Shown here piece by piece: positions 54,829 to 63,985 of a stretch of DNA of 64,000 nt. A program made the translations under genes and the position numbers. Numbering within the stretch: position 1 is the stretch's first letter; every line of letters begins with the position of its first letter. The DNA comes from a virus. The notes beneath the pieces were generated by a model. The model was not told the origin of the DNA and searched no databases. It saw nothing but the letters and a program-made list of their open reading frames with translations. Location: positions 1 through 64,000 of the IMG/VR virus record IMGVR_UViG_3300017991_000072; one strand, given 5' to 3'.

Positions 54829-55287
54829 CTATATGTTCAGGGTCCCTCCTTCAACCTTTTCTCCGGCGTCAATCATGGACTCCACGCCAAGGTTCAGGTC
54901 CTCCACGTCAAAGGGCTCCACCTTCTCCAAGGCGCTTTCTGGGATGGCCAGGTTTTCCTTGTGGGACAGGATGTAGACCTTCCCGTCATTATGGGTTCTG
55001 AAGGCCAGACAAGGGACGAAGGCCGCCCCCATGGGATCAGTCATGAAATGGATGACCCCATAGTAGGAAACCCGCCGTCCAGTCTCCTTCTCCCAGGAGC
55101 GTAGGAACTCCGCCGCCAGTTCCGTCACTGTGGCCGCGTCTTCATAGAAGCCGCCCAGTTCGTGGTCTGGATTGTTGTTCTTCGCCATTCTACGTCCAAA
55201 ACACAGGTCAGGTTCAAGGCCGCCGAAGAAGGCTACCTTGACTTTCAGAGCGTACAAATACAGGGTCTTGATCATCATGTTCTCCAA
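54829..55287 (-). CDS. Hypothetical protein
   Basis: ORF track; followed by terminator. Confidence 0.6.
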   Translation of the reverse strand: MENMMIKTLYLYALKVKVAFFGGLEPDLCFGRRMAKNNNPDHELGGFYEDAATVTELAAEFLRSWEKETGRRVSYYGVIHFMTDPMGAAFVPCLAFRTHNDGKVYILSHKENLAIPESALEKVEPFDVEDLNLGVESMIDAGEKVEGGTLNI

Positions 55288-55330
55288 TTCAGGTTCCAGG
55301 TTTCAGTTCTTGGTCACAGTCCGCCGTGTG

Positions 55331-55423
55331 TCAACTCCTCCTTCCGCCAAACATCCAGACCAAGAACTGGGTGATCAGGGCCGTGAAGGCCACCATCAGG
55401 ACCGCTTGTAGCCTCCAATCCAT
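55331..55423 (-). CDS. 30-aa single-TM peptide MDWRLQAVLMVAFTALITQFLVWMFGGRRS
   Basis: AAGGAG SD; hydrophobic core. Confidence 0.5.
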   Translation of the reverse strand: MDWRLQAVLMVAFTALITQFLVWMFGGRRS

Positions 55424-55436
55424 CCCTGACTCCTTC

Positions 55437-55577
55437 CTAGTCATCCTTCCTTGGTTTCGCCTTCGCTTCCTCCGGTCCTTCTTCTCTCCAGCGCCGCCAC
55501 CATGTTCTGATCATGTCCAGGGCCAGGAGGACCAGGATGATGATCTTGATGATGATGGCCAGGAGAAGGTTCTTCAC
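55437..55577 (-). CDS. 46-aa single-TM peptide MKNLLLAIIIKIIILVLLALD..
   Basis: GTGA coupling to upstream ORF. Confidence 0.5.
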   Translation of the reverse strand: MKNLLLAIIIKIIILVLLALDMIRTWWRRWREEGPEEAKAKPRKDD

Positions 55578-55774
55578 TGATCCAGCCCCTTGAACTTGGT
55601 GGGGGAGATCTCCAGGTCCAATTCTTCAGGGCTCTGTTCGTTCTTGGTGACCAGGATGGCCTCCAGGGCCTTCAGCCGTTCTTCATGATCGGAGATGACC
55701 TCTTCCGCCTTGGTCAGCCTGGCCACGTATTCCTTGGCCTTTTCCATCAAGGCCGCCTTCACTCCGTTCAACAT
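55574..55774 (-). CDS. Small coiled-coil protein
   Basis: GAGGGG SD before MLNGVK. Confidence 0.6.
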   Translation of the reverse strand: MLNGVKAALMEKAKEYVARLTKAEEVISDHEERLKALEAILVTKNEQSPEELDLEISPTKFKGLDQ

Positions 55775-56037
55775 GTCAGTCCCCTCTGTTCCGCTATGGC
55801 CTCCAGGACCATGATGGCGTCTTTGGCCGTCTGGGCCGGGGCTCTGTTGATGGGGGCCAGGAGGACGGACACAGACGCCCTTTTCACGGAGGGGTTCCCT
55901 TTGGGGGTCTTCCACCCGCTGATGGTGACGTAGATCTTGGGGACCTTCGTCTTGGGTGGGTCCAATTCGTGGAACTCCACCCTGTCATCCCCAAAATGGT
56001 CCATGATCCTGTTCTTGAAGATCCCTAGCCTGTCCAT
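55768..56037 (-). CDS. Hypothetical protein
   Basis: Operon context. Confidence 0.6.
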   Translation of the reverse strand: MDRLGIFKNRIMDHFGDDRVEFHELDPPKTKVPKIYVTISGWKTPKGNPSVKRASVSVLLAPINRAPAQTAKDAIMVLEAIAEQRGLTC

Positions 56038-56047
56038 GTCCTACATT

Positions 56048-56164
56048 CTACCTTAATTTCACAGGGAACCTGACCGCTATGACCAGCCTGATGAAGGTTA
56101 TGGCCGCCAGGGCCACCAGGAGAACCAGCTTCAGGTTGGGTCCCACATCCAAGGTGACGTTCAT
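56048..56164 (-). CDS. 38-aa single-TM peptide
   Basis: MNVTLDVGPNLKLVLLVALAAITFIRLVIAVRFPVKLR; TGATG coupling. Confidence 0.5.
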   Translation of the reverse strand: MNVTLDVGPNLKLVLLVALAAITFIRLVIAVRFPVKLR

Positions 56165-56424
56165 CATGTCTTCCTCTTTTCTAGCCTTCTTCTGACCCGC
56201 CTGGTCAGCCATTTCCTGGCCGCCGCCATGGAGATCAGGGCCTCCATCTTGGCCTTGGCTTCATTGGCCTCCGCTACCGTGGGGAACCTGTCAAACAGGG
56301 GAGGGATAGGCTTCATCCTCTTGGCCGCCTCTTCCAGGGCCTCCCAGGAAGGCTCCTCCAGATGGCCTCCAGCTTCACCCAAGATCCACCCCATGTCCTT
56401 GGTGTTCCACACATGGTCAGCCAT
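56164..56424 (-). CDS. Hypothetical protein
   Basis: GGAGG SD, coupled. Confidence 0.55.
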   Translation of the reverse strand: MADHVWNTKDMGWILGEAGGHLEEPSWEALEEAAKRMKPIPPLFDRFPTVAEANEAKAKMEALISMAAARKWLTRRVRRRLEKRKT

Positions 56425-56755
56425 TCATCATCCTCCCAAAGGAGTCCCTGACGATCCTGGCCGCTTCATAGGCCGCTTCCATGACTCCAGAGCATAGTGG
56501 GCCGTATCTGGGGTCATCTTCAGTCATCCCTTGGAGACAGGTGGCGTGAACCGCTATGTCCACTGACATCCCATATCCTTCCCCATCCGTTTCAGGATAG
56601 CCCACGGAGACCTTGACCTTGGCCTTGTCCCGAAGAACCCGCCCCCCACACAGGGGACAGTTCAGGATAGACCCGGCCAGGGCCTCCGCTTCTTCCATGA
56701 TGATCTGGGGATCCCTGGGGGTGACTTCTGGGAAATCCTGGCTTTCCATCTTCAC
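56417..56755 (-). CDS. Hypothetical protein (CPLC..H..C)
   Basis: Coupled ORF. Confidence 0.6.
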   Translation of the reverse strand: MKMESQDFPEVTPRDPQIIMEEAEALAGSILNCPLCGGRVLRDKAKVKVSVGYPETDGEGYGMSVDIAVHATCLQGMTEDDPRYGPLCSGVMEAAYEAARIVRDSFGRMMNG

Positions 56756-57045
56756 CTGTTGTCCCTCCTCCAGTCACAGTGAAGATAGTGTGACAGTTGG
56801 TCCAGTTTGTTGTGTAGCTCCTCTACACTGACCGCCAGCTCCGCCAGAGCCTCCCTGTCAGACAGGGGATCCTGTAGCCTACGGATCCAGTCCTTCTTGA
56901 TGGCTTCCCGCTGTTCGTCCGTGAAGATACGCCTTCCTGGCTGACCATATCTAGGGTGAATTGGAAGCGTGACCACCCCGTTGGTCCAGTTCTGTCCTGT
57001 GAATTGGTGTTTCCTCAGTTTCTCCGCCTGGTCCGTTTCCGCCAT
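56752..57045 (-). CDS. Hypothetical protein
   Basis: GGAGG SD. Confidence 0.55.
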   Translation of the reverse strand: MAETDQAEKLRKHQFTGQNWTNGVVTLPIHPRYGQPGRRIFTDEQREAIKKDWIRRLQDPLSDREALAELAVSVEELHNKLDQLSHYLHCDWRRDNR

Positions 57046-57316
57046 CCGTTTCCTCCTCTTCTTCTATCCATTCCTGTTCACGCCACTTCCCATCAGGCCC
57101 CTTTTCATACCAGACCCCTTCCACCCAGATCATGGATGGGCCAGGGCCAGGGGATGGCTTGGTCAACTCTTCCACCATGTCCTTCAACATGTCCGTGGTG
57201 ATCCCTTCAGCCTCCAGGTCCTCCTGGGTCATCTGTTTCACGTCAATCCTGTGTTCCTTCCCTTCGTGTTCAAAGGTGAAGAAGGAATGATGGCCGTGGG
57301 ACCCTATCTTCTTCAT
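56951..57316 (-). CDS. Hypothetical acidic protein
   Basis: ATGA-coupled start MKKIGSHG. Confidence 0.55.
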   Translation of the reverse strand: MKKIGSHGHHSFFTFEHEGKEHRIDVKQMTQEDLEAEGITTDMLKDMVEELTKPSPGPGPSMIWVEGVWYEKGPDGKWREQEWIEEEEETDGGNGPGGETEETPIHRTELDQRGGHASNSP

Positions 57317-57738
57317 GACTTCTCCCTGGCCTTCTTGTAGTCCTTGTAGGAGTCCCAGGAGGCTTGAATTGGGGCCTCTGGTTTCAGCCCCCTGTCCATA
57401 GGGAGACATCCCAAAATGGGGACAGGAACGGGCTTGGAAGTAGGCCAGAAACAGACCATGGCCACGGGGACCGTGTTCTTGACCTCCATGTAGCCAGGGT
57501 CATAGTCATAGCCTGACCCTGTGGACATGTGGCTGAAGCCTTCCTGGAGCCACCTGACCCCACAGAACCAGCCCACCCTGGGACGATACTTCCCGCCCCA
57601 TCCCTTCAGATCTACCTGTTCCCAGGTGACCCTGTGACCCCGTTTCCCGGAGTCCCAGACCTGTTTCCTCTTCAGGATGAACTCCACCTTGACCTTCCGC
57701 CCCATGAACGGAAGTAGCGCCTTCAGATCAATCTTCAT
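57313..57738 (-). CDS. Hypothetical protein
   Basis: AGGAGG SD before MKIDLK. Confidence 0.65.
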   Translation of the reverse strand: MKIDLKALLPFMGRKVKVEFILKRKQVWDSGKRGHRVTWEQVDLKGWGGKYRPRVGWFCGVRWLQEGFSHMSTGSGYDYDPGYMEVKNTVPVAMVCFWPTSKPVPVPILGCLPMDRGLKPEAPIQASWDSYKDYKKAREKS

Positions 57739-58120
57739 CTGTCCTGTCCTCCTTGAAGGCCCGTCTCCCGTGTTCTTGGGCTCCCCACCTACAACCGGCC
57801 CAGGACTCCCTTGGGTTCTGAACGTAGATCCCACAGGTCTCCCAGGACCCACATTCACATGGGGGCTCCTTCAGGGGTTTCTGGTAGCCTCCGTCAGCGT
57901 GATAGTAGCAGGGCCGCCGGGGGAATAGGACCACGCCAAAGGTGGAACTTCCAATGGTCCCTGACTCCAGGTGGGCCTTCAGGTCTATGTCCCTGGCGTC
58001 AATCCAGACAGCCTTGGCCTTCTTCAGCCTGACCCTGGCTATGGCCAGGGCTTCATCCAGGTCATTGGTGACCCCCTGGTCCATGATGTCATTAGCCAGT
58101 TCATGTTCCTGGAACGTCAT
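57728..58120 (-). CDS. Hypothetical Cys-containing protein
   Basis: ATGA coupling. Confidence 0.55.
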   Translation of the reverse strand: MTFQEHELANDIMDQGVTNDLDEALAIARVRLKKAKAVWIDARDIDLKAHLESGTIGSSTFGVVLFPRRPCYYHADGGYQKPLKEPPCECGSWETCGIYVQNPRESWAGCRWGAQEHGRRAFKEDRTDED

Positions 58121-58386
58121 AGACCGCCCGCTTCTGACCACCTTGATGGATCCAGCTTGTCCTGAAGCCTCTTGATCAGGTCCTTGACCTCCGCCCTGGC
58201 TTCAGGAGTCCTGACGCTGTCCAGGGCCTCCACAGCCTCCTGAAGGGTACAGACAGAACAGACCATGAAGCATTCATGGCCAACTATGTGTTCTTCACAG
58301 GTTGGCCTCCCACAGCGCCCTTCACAGTTTCCGTCTCCGTAGCCTTCGCCTTCCTTCCCACAGATCCAACAGGTGACCTTCTTCAT
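58117..58386 (-). CDS. Double zinc-finger family protein
   Basis: CWIC..CEGRC-x4-CEEH..CSVC. Confidence 0.65.
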   Translation of the reverse strand: MKKVTCWICGKEGEGYGDGNCEGRCGRPTCEEHIVGHECFMVCSVCTLQEAVEALDSVRTPEARAEVKDLIKRLQDKLDPSRWSEAGGL

Positions 58387-58592
58387 GTCCCGTGTTTCCC
58401 TTCTTCCTCCGCCATCCACTTCTGTTCCTGGTAGTAGTCATTGACCGCCTGACAGATGTCCTCTTCTGGGCCAAGAGTCAGGAACAGCTCTTCATCCATC
58501 AGAGCCCGCTGACAGTTGGCCTTCTCTGGACATCCTGGCCTACAGGATTTCATGGCCTCCTTGACAGCCGCCTCCATCTCCACTCTGTTCAC
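58383..58592 (-). CDS. Small Cys-containing protein
   Basis: GTGA coupling; GGAGG SD. Confidence 0.5.
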   Translation of the reverse strand: MNRVEMEAAVKEAMKSCRPGCPEKANCQRALMDEELFLTLGPEEDICQAVNDYYQEQKWMAEEEGKHGT

Positions 58593-58900
58593 TTCTTCCC
58601 TCCGTGGGTGTTCTTGGGGAACGGGATGATCCACAGCCAGCCGTTTGGGGCCTTGTGGCGTCTGTTCTTCCAAGCCTTGATCATGTCTTGGGCCGTCTTT
58701 GCCAGGGCGTCTTGGTCCTTGGTGTCCCAGGCCGCCCTGTAGCTGTCCAAGAGCGCCTTGAACTTGGGGTCCCAGGTAGTAGCCCACATGAAATGTATTT
58801 CCCCGTATAGGGGACCGTTGAAACACAGTTCCCCACGTTCCTGGTGAATACACTTCTCTATGTGGTCCCTGTTGACGCCCTGGCAAGGAACAAACCGCAT
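58589..58900 (-). CDS. Hypothetical protein
   Basis: Operon context. Confidence 0.55.
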   Translation of the reverse strand: MRFVPCQGVNRDHIEKCIHQERGELCFNGPLYGEIHFMWATTWDPKFKALLDSYRAAWDTKDQDALAKTAQDMIKAWKNRRHKAPNGWLWIIPFPKNTHGGKK

Positions 58901-58901
58901 A

Positions 58902-59831
58902 TCAGGCCCCCGCCTCCTTCTTCTTCTTCCGCCTCTTGTTCTCCATGGATTTCTTGTAGCTGGCCTCCAACTCCGCCAACATCTGTCCTTCCATCCTTGC
59001 TCTGGTTTCTTCGTCAGGCCACTGGACGGGGGGCCAGTCCTCTTCCTCCAACTGTTTCTTGAACTGTTCTATCCCTGACTTGATGAATAGCCGCCCCATT
59101 TCACCCTGGTAGAGCGTTCTGGGAAAGTCTCCTTCATCCAGGTAGGCTTGGAGGATGTTGAAGTCCAGCATATCAGAGACCCCTACCCTGGCCGTGATAG
59201 TACAGAACTCCGTGGGGGCCTTTTCTGATGTGTCCACGGGAAACCCGTTGACGTGGCCAGGTCTAGGTGGGGCCTCCTTCGTCTCCTTGGGCCGCCTGGG
59301 AAGCAAGGATACAGGGTTCTCCTCCAGCGTGGTGATCCTGGCTTCCAGCCTGTTCAGGGCTCCAAGGATCTGGGCCAGGGCTCCTTCTTCTTGTTCTCCT
59401 GGATCGTCCAGTTCGTCCTCCTGTGTGTCAAGGTCCCCGTGTTCGTGTTCCATCGTGTTCTCCTTTCGTGGTTTCAGTGTGTCCATGAACCTATCAAAGG
59501 CCGCTTCTAGGTCTTCTTCTTCGTTCTGTTCGTCAAAGAAGACCTGTCTGAACCTGTCTATCATGTCATCTTCCACCATATACAAGGTCCTGTCCCCGTC
59601 ATATTCCACGGAAATGAAGCCGCGTTCCTTGTTCAATTCTTCGTAGGGAATGGCTTCTGTTCTCTCCAGGAAGTCCCCGTAGGCCAGCTCATACTTCATG
59701 ATCTCCTTGATGACCGCGTCAGACCCCAGACGGGTCAAGGTCATGTCTGGGATCCACCTGGCTATGGCCCTGAAGATCTTGTGACAGTGAATAGGGATCC
59801 GGATGGACAAGGATGTGTGTGTTCTTGGCAT
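58902..59831 (-). CDS. Putative transcription regulator with ribbon-helix-helix-like segments
   Basis: TSLSIRIP.. and CTITARVG.. strand-helix-helix patterns; AAGGAG SD before MPRTHT. Confidence 0.45.
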   Translation of the reverse strand: MPRTHTSLSIRIPIHCHKIFRAIARWIPDMTLTRLGSDAVIKEIMKYELAYGDFLERTEAIPYEELNKERGFISVEYDGDRTLYMVEDDMIDRFRQVFFDEQNEEEDLEAAFDRFMDTLKPRKENTMEHEHGDLDTQEDELDDPGEQEEGALAQILGALNRLEARITTLEENPVSLLPRRPKETKEAPPRPGHVNGFPVDTSEKAPTEFCTITARVGVSDMLDFNILQAYLDEGDFPRTLYQGEMGRLFIKSGIEQFKKQLEEEDWPPVQWPDEETRARMEGQMLAELEASYKKSMENKRRKKKKEAGA

Positions 59832-59866
59832 TGTATAGGCTCCTTTCGTGTGTTCGTGTTTTCGTG

Positions 59867-60439
59867 TCAGGGAGTCATAGCCTGGGCCTTGTCCCTCCAC
59901 TTCTTGGCTTCGTCTTCCCTGAAGAAATTGTAGTCTTCGTCTGGATCCAAGGTCAGGACAGCCACCACCAGCTTGGCCAAACAGGACGGACACAGCCCCA
60001 TGGGATGGTGTCTGTCCTGGATGTTCCAGTGTGCCACTGGATGGTAGGAACAGTGTTCTCTACAGACAGCCGTGTAGCAGACCTGACAGGCCCGGATGGC
60101 CTTCTGGTTACAGTAGACCGTGGGAGACCCTATGGAAGGCTTTCTGGCGTATTGACAGTTGGTCCCGCCGCTGTTGACCATCTGGCTCTTCACCATCCAG
60201 GGCTCCAACTGGCCTTCCCCAAGACGGACGGAGCCTGGCCTGGGTTGGGGTGACAGCTCCATGGTGGACATCCTGGTCAGGGCCGCTATCCGCTGGATCT
60301 GGCTGTTGAACTCCCTGGTGGTCCTGGCCGCCTCTACCAGAGCGCCAGTCATGGTCTTTCCAATCTCCACCAGACCACCACCCTTCTTCTTCATGTTGGC
60401 CCTTCCTCCTCTGATGATCCCATTCCTGGCCCGCGCCAT
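59867..60439 (-). CDS. Double zinc-finger family protein
   Basis: CQVC-x4-CREHC..CPSC. Confidence 0.65.
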   Translation of the reverse strand: MARARNGIIRGGRANMKKKGGGLVEIGKTMTGALVEAARTTREFNSQIQRIAALTRMSTMELSPQPRPGSVRLGEGQLEPWMVKSQMVNSGGTNCQYARKPSIGSPTVYCNQKAIRACQVCYTAVCREHCSYHPVAHWNIQDRHHPMGLCPSCLAKLVVAVLTLDPDEDYNFFREDEAKKWRDKAQAMTP

Positions 60440-60440
60440 T

Positions 60441-61001
60441 TTAGCCCCTTAGATATGGATAGATCTTCTCCAGCCTGGACATGGCCTCCTGGGCCACCTG
60501 GAACTCCCTGGCCTCCTTCTCCGCCTTCTTGGTCCAGGCCCCTATCTCCTCCATGACCCTCTTGTCCAAGACCCCTTCAATGGCCCTGATCAAGATCAGC
60601 CGCCAGAACTCCTTCAACCAACAGTCCCTACAGACGATCCACCAGAGCGTGATTTCAGGATCCATGACCTGGTAGGCCGGGTGTTCAACCTTGTGGAAGG
60701 ACATCATCTGGCAGAATTCACAGACTGGCTTCTGACAGGTCACACAAAGCTTGAAGGACCTGGCCTTCCCACAGCCCTGACACAGACCACGATCCTGGCC
60801 GCCCAGAACGGAGTCCATAGCGTAGACTCCGTTCTTGGGCTTGATGGCGTTCTTGGACAGGAAGTAGATGGCGTCCTTGATCTCCTTGGCCAACAGGTTG
60901 GCGTTGGACTTCCCCGCCTGTCTGGGGGCCAGGGTCTTGAACGTCACTGGCTTGTGGCCAGGGCCGTGGATCTGGATGGTGATGGGATCCTTGGGGCTCA
61001 C
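60441..61001 (-). CDS. Double zinc-finger family protein
   Basis: CQGC-x8-CVTC-x4-CEFC..CRDC. Confidence 0.7.
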   Translation of the reverse strand: MSPKDPITIQIHGPGHKPVTFKTLAPRQAGKSNANLLAKEIKDAIYFLSKNAIKPKNGVYAMDSVLGGQDRGLCQGCGKARSFKLCVTCQKPVCEFCQMMSFHKVEHPAYQVMDPEITLWWIVCRDCWLKEFWRLILIRAIEGVLDKRVMEEIGAWTKKAEKEAREFQVAQEAMSRLEKIYPYLRG

Positions 61002-61273
61002 AAGGAAACGTCCTTCAGCTTACCTTCACAGGCCGGACACAGGCCATCTTCTTCCACACAGTCTTCACAGAAGAACATCCGACAGGACAAACACAGGAAA
61101 TGATAGTCATCTACCCCACAGGTGAAACAGGGAAGATGTGGTCTTTCCCCCGTGTCCATCATCTCTTCCAGCTCTTCATCCTCCAGCGTGTCAGCCAGGG
61201 CGTCAGGATCTACCCATTCATCTTCATAGGAGGAGTCATCATCATAGAACTCTTCCATGTCAGTCCCTTTCAC
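60998..61273 (-). CDS. Double zinc-finger family protein with acidic N-terminus
   Basis: CFTC-x8-CLSC-x4-CEDC-x6-CPAC. Confidence 0.7.
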   Translation of the reverse strand: MKGTDMEEFYDDDSSYEDEWVDPDALADTLEDEELEEMMDTGERPHLPCFTCGVDDYHFLCLSCRMFFCEDCVEEDGLCPACEGKLKDVSL

Positions 61274-61577
61274 TGACTTCCAGGGCGTGGTCCTTCCGCC
61301 ACGCCAAGTCAGCCTCCACTTCTTCCAGTTTCCGCTTCAGCTCCTTGATCTCCAGCTTCAGCTCCCCGTTGACCCGCTCCTGGTGATGTAGGGCTGACTC
61401 CAGCTCTTGGATCCGCCGGGCCTGTTGTTTGGTCCCGCCGTCCCCTCCCAGGAAGTCAAAGGTGGCCTTCTTCAGGTCCTTGATCTGGCCTACCACCAAC
61501 TGGCCGCTGGACGCCAGGTCTTCCGCCTGGTCCCAGAGGACATCCAGGTGGCCGTCATTGATGGCTTCATCCATCAT
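61260..61577 (-). CDS. Coiled-coil protein, paralog of 61567..61983
   Basis: Shared LK..T..FLGGDGGTK.Q..I..L motif. Confidence 0.65.
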   Translation of the reverse strand: MMDEAINDGHLDVLWDQAEDLASSGQLVVGQIKDLKKATFDFLGGDGGTKQQARRIQELESALHHQERVNGELKLEIKELKRKLEEVEADLAWRKDHALEVSERD

Positions 61578-61983
61578 CTTCATCTTCCTCCTCTGGATCC
61601 TCCCCCAATTCCTCCTCCAGTTCTGCCACTTTGGCCACCAGCTCCCCGGAGACCTTCTCCAGCTCTGAAGCCCTGGCGTCCGCTTCGTTGGCCTTGGTGA
61701 CCTGTTGTTCAAGGGCTCCCTCCAGGTTCTCTACCCTTTCCTTCAGGGTCTTGTTCTCTTCCATGACCTTCTCCAGGGCCTCCTGGCCTTCCTCCAGCTT
61801 GGCCGTCAGGTCCACGATCTGGTCAGACTGGGCCTTGGTTCCGCCGTCTCCGCCAAGGAACTCCACAGTCTCCGCTTTCAGGGCTCCCAATTCAGCCGCC
61901 ACGGAAGCCCCGCCTCCCTTGGCTACCTTCTTCACGATGGCCGCCCACTTCCCTTCCAGTGTTGCGTCAGTGATCTCTACCAT
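61567..61983 (-). CDS. Coiled-coil protein
   Basis: FLGGDGGTK motif; SD present. Confidence 0.7.
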   Translation of the reverse strand: MVEITDATLEGKWAAIVKKVAKGGGASVAAELGALKAETVEFLGGDGGTKAQSDQIVDLTAKLEEGQEALEKVMEENKTLKERVENLEGALEQQVTKANEADARASELEKVSGELVAKVAELEEELGEDPEEEDEDDG

Positions 61984-62006
61984 TTCCTTCTCCTTTCATG
62001 GGTCTC

Positions 62007-62909
62007 CTACGGACGTTCAATGTCCATCCCACCATAGCCGTCAGGCTTGATGATCTGGACGGTTCTTCCTTCCTGGGTGATGTGAACCGTCTTTCCCTTG
62101 GCCACTTCCCGCCGGACTCTGGCCATGATGTCCATCATGGGGTCACCAGCGTCCTTCAGGCCCTTCAATAGCTCTGTGTCTGGTAGTTTGTACTGTTCCA
62201 GCTCTGGCGTCCCCTGGGGGCCGTCAGGGGGCTCTGGTGGCGTTTCTCCAAGGGCCAGGGCCTCCAGCCGCTTCTTCTCCTCTTCTTCCTTCCTGAAGAT
62301 CTCCAGAAGCGTCTTGTCCCGCTCCTTGGCCATGTGTTGTCCCAGTTCCGCCGCCTTGTTCAGAAGGTCAGCCTCTTCTGGTGTGACCGTCCGCCCACCA
62401 GGGAACAGGGGAAGCCTCTTCAGCCCGCCAGCCCCGTCCTGTTGGATGGGGATTGACATCTGTTTGATCATGTTGGCCATGGCCGTCTGTTTCAGGACCT
62501 CCATGATCATGTCATTCAATTCCTGAAGGTCCTGGCTGGTCTGGATGGCCGCCCTGGCCGTCTGGATCGTGGACAACATCTGAAGGACTTCAATGGACAG
62601 CTCCTCCCCGTCCAGAAGCCCCTTCAGTTGGAGCATGAAACAGTCAGGACAGACCCTAGCTTCCCATTCATTGGGCTGACGGTAGCTCACCAAGGAGCCA
62701 AAGGAGCAATCATGACAGAAGGACTGAAGACAGCCAGGACAGACTTCACCGTAGGCCCATTCACGGTCCATAGGGCTGGTTCCCGCTACCTGAATGACTC
62801 CGCCCTTCCTCTTGTCTACGCTGAACCCACAGCTCCTACAATGGGCCGCCTTCTTCGTCTGTCTCCACTTCTCTTCTGGGGTTTGGACGTTGGCCGCTGT
62901 CCCATTCAT
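62007..62909 (-). CDS. Double zinc-finger family protein with helical C-terminus
   Basis: CRSC..CPGC-x4-CHDC..CPDC. Confidence 0.7.
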   Translation of the reverse strand: MNGTAANVQTPEEKWRQTKKAAHCRSCGFSVDKRKGGVIQVAGTSPMDREWAYGEVCPGCLQSFCHDCSFGSLVSYRQPNEWEARVCPDCFMLQLKGLLDGEELSIEVLQMLSTIQTARAAIQTSQDLQELNDMIMEVLKQTAMANMIKQMSIPIQQDGAGGLKRLPLFPGGRTVTPEEADLLNKAAELGQHMAKERDKTLLEIFRKEEEEKKRLEALALGETPPEPPDGPQGTPELEQYKLPDTELLKGLKDAGDPMMDIMARVRREVAKGKTVHITQEGRTVQIIKPDGYGGMDIERP

Positions 62910-63244
62910 CCCAGGGTCCTCCTTAGTATCCCCGTGTCCTTGGGTTCACTCCTGGCCAGCTTCCGCTGGATCCGAACAAACCAGCCATTCAGGGCTGACA
63001 GGGCGTCAGGGTCTCCGTTCAGGGCCAACATGACCTCCCCGCACCAACAGGAGGAACAAATATACTGACTAGACCACAGGGAATTCATCCTGTGGGCCGG
63101 ACACACCTTCTTCCCACAGGCTCCACAGGATGTCATGTCTGACTGTCTGAACTCCCCGCAAACTACACAGCCTCCCCAAGGATCTCCCCTGGTAGCCGTG
63201 GCCGTGTAGCGCGTAGATGGTCCGCGTGGTGTTCGTGTTCTCAT
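62906..63244 (-). CDS. Double zinc-finger family protein
   Basis: CVVC-x10-CGAC-x4-CPAH..CSSC; ATGA coupling. Confidence 0.65.
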   Translation of the reverse strand: MRTRTPRGPSTRYTATATRGDPWGGCVVCGEFRQSDMTSCGACGKKVCPAHRMNSLWSSQYICSSCWCGEVMLALNGDPDALSALNGWFVRIQRKLARSEPKDTGILRRTLG

Positions 63245-63615
63245 TTGAACCGCTCCAGATCCGTGAAGTAGGTGTAGGTGACCAAGGGCTCCCCTGTGGC
63301 CCAGTCCACGCCCTGGGTGACTGTGACCTCCGCTATTTCTCCCTTCAGGATGGAGACCACTTCTTCCACCAGACAGGCTTGACACTGGGAGTGAATGATG
63401 TCAACCATGGGCCTGAAGAGAACTGGCCCCCTGTGTTCAGGACAGGTCAGCTTCCCACAGAAGTCACAGGTCATCATCAGTGACTTGGGTTCGTCAGGGC
63501 CTTTCCGGCCGTAGCCCACGCCACAGAAGTCACAGGGGTAGTTCTTCTGAACCATTTCCGCCTTGGCCAGGACCTTCTGTAGGCCCGTGGCTCTTCTTGG
63601 CCTAACTGGTGACAT
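63241..63615 (-). CDS. Double zinc-finger family protein
   Basis: CDFC..CDFC-x4-CPEH..CQAC. Confidence 0.7.
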   Translation of the reverse strand: MSPVRPRRATGLQKVLAKAEMVQKNYPCDFCGVGYGRKGPDEPKSLMMTCDFCGKLTCPEHRGPVLFRPMVDIIHSQCQACLVEEVVSILKGEIAEVTVTQGVDWATGEPLVTYTYFTDLERFK

Positions 63616-63985
63616 TGGCCTGTCTTTTCATCTTGTTCAACATTTGTCTGGTCAGCGTGTAGCTTCTAGCCTGGACCATCTCTTCTCCCGTGATCTCCAC
63701 AGACCCGTTCATCAGAATGACCTTGATCTCCAAGACCAAACAGTCAGGACAGATCCTCTTCATGACGCTGAACTGGGCCAGAGACGGGGCCACGTGGCTC
63801 CCACAGACTACCCTATGACACCTGGGACAGTTGGCCGTCCTGGGGTTCTTGTAGTAAACGTCAGCCCCACAGAAACAACAGGAGCCCTTCCCTGGGCCTG
63901 GTGGGTTCTGTAGCTGTGTCTTTAGGTTCTGGAGCCGTGGTGTCATCATAGCCGCGTCCGTGACGTGGTAGTCCGCCGTCATCAT
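63602..63985 (-). CDS. Double zinc-finger family protein (start uncertain near window edge)
   Basis: CCFC..CPRC-x4-CGSH..CPDC. Confidence 0.65.
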   Translation of the reverse strand: MMTADYHVTDAAMMTPRLQNLKTQLQNPPGPGKGSCCFCGADVYYKNPRTANCPRCHRVVCGSHVAPSLAQFSVMKRICPDCLVLEIKVILMNGSVEITGEEMVQARSYTLTRQMLNKMKRQANVTS

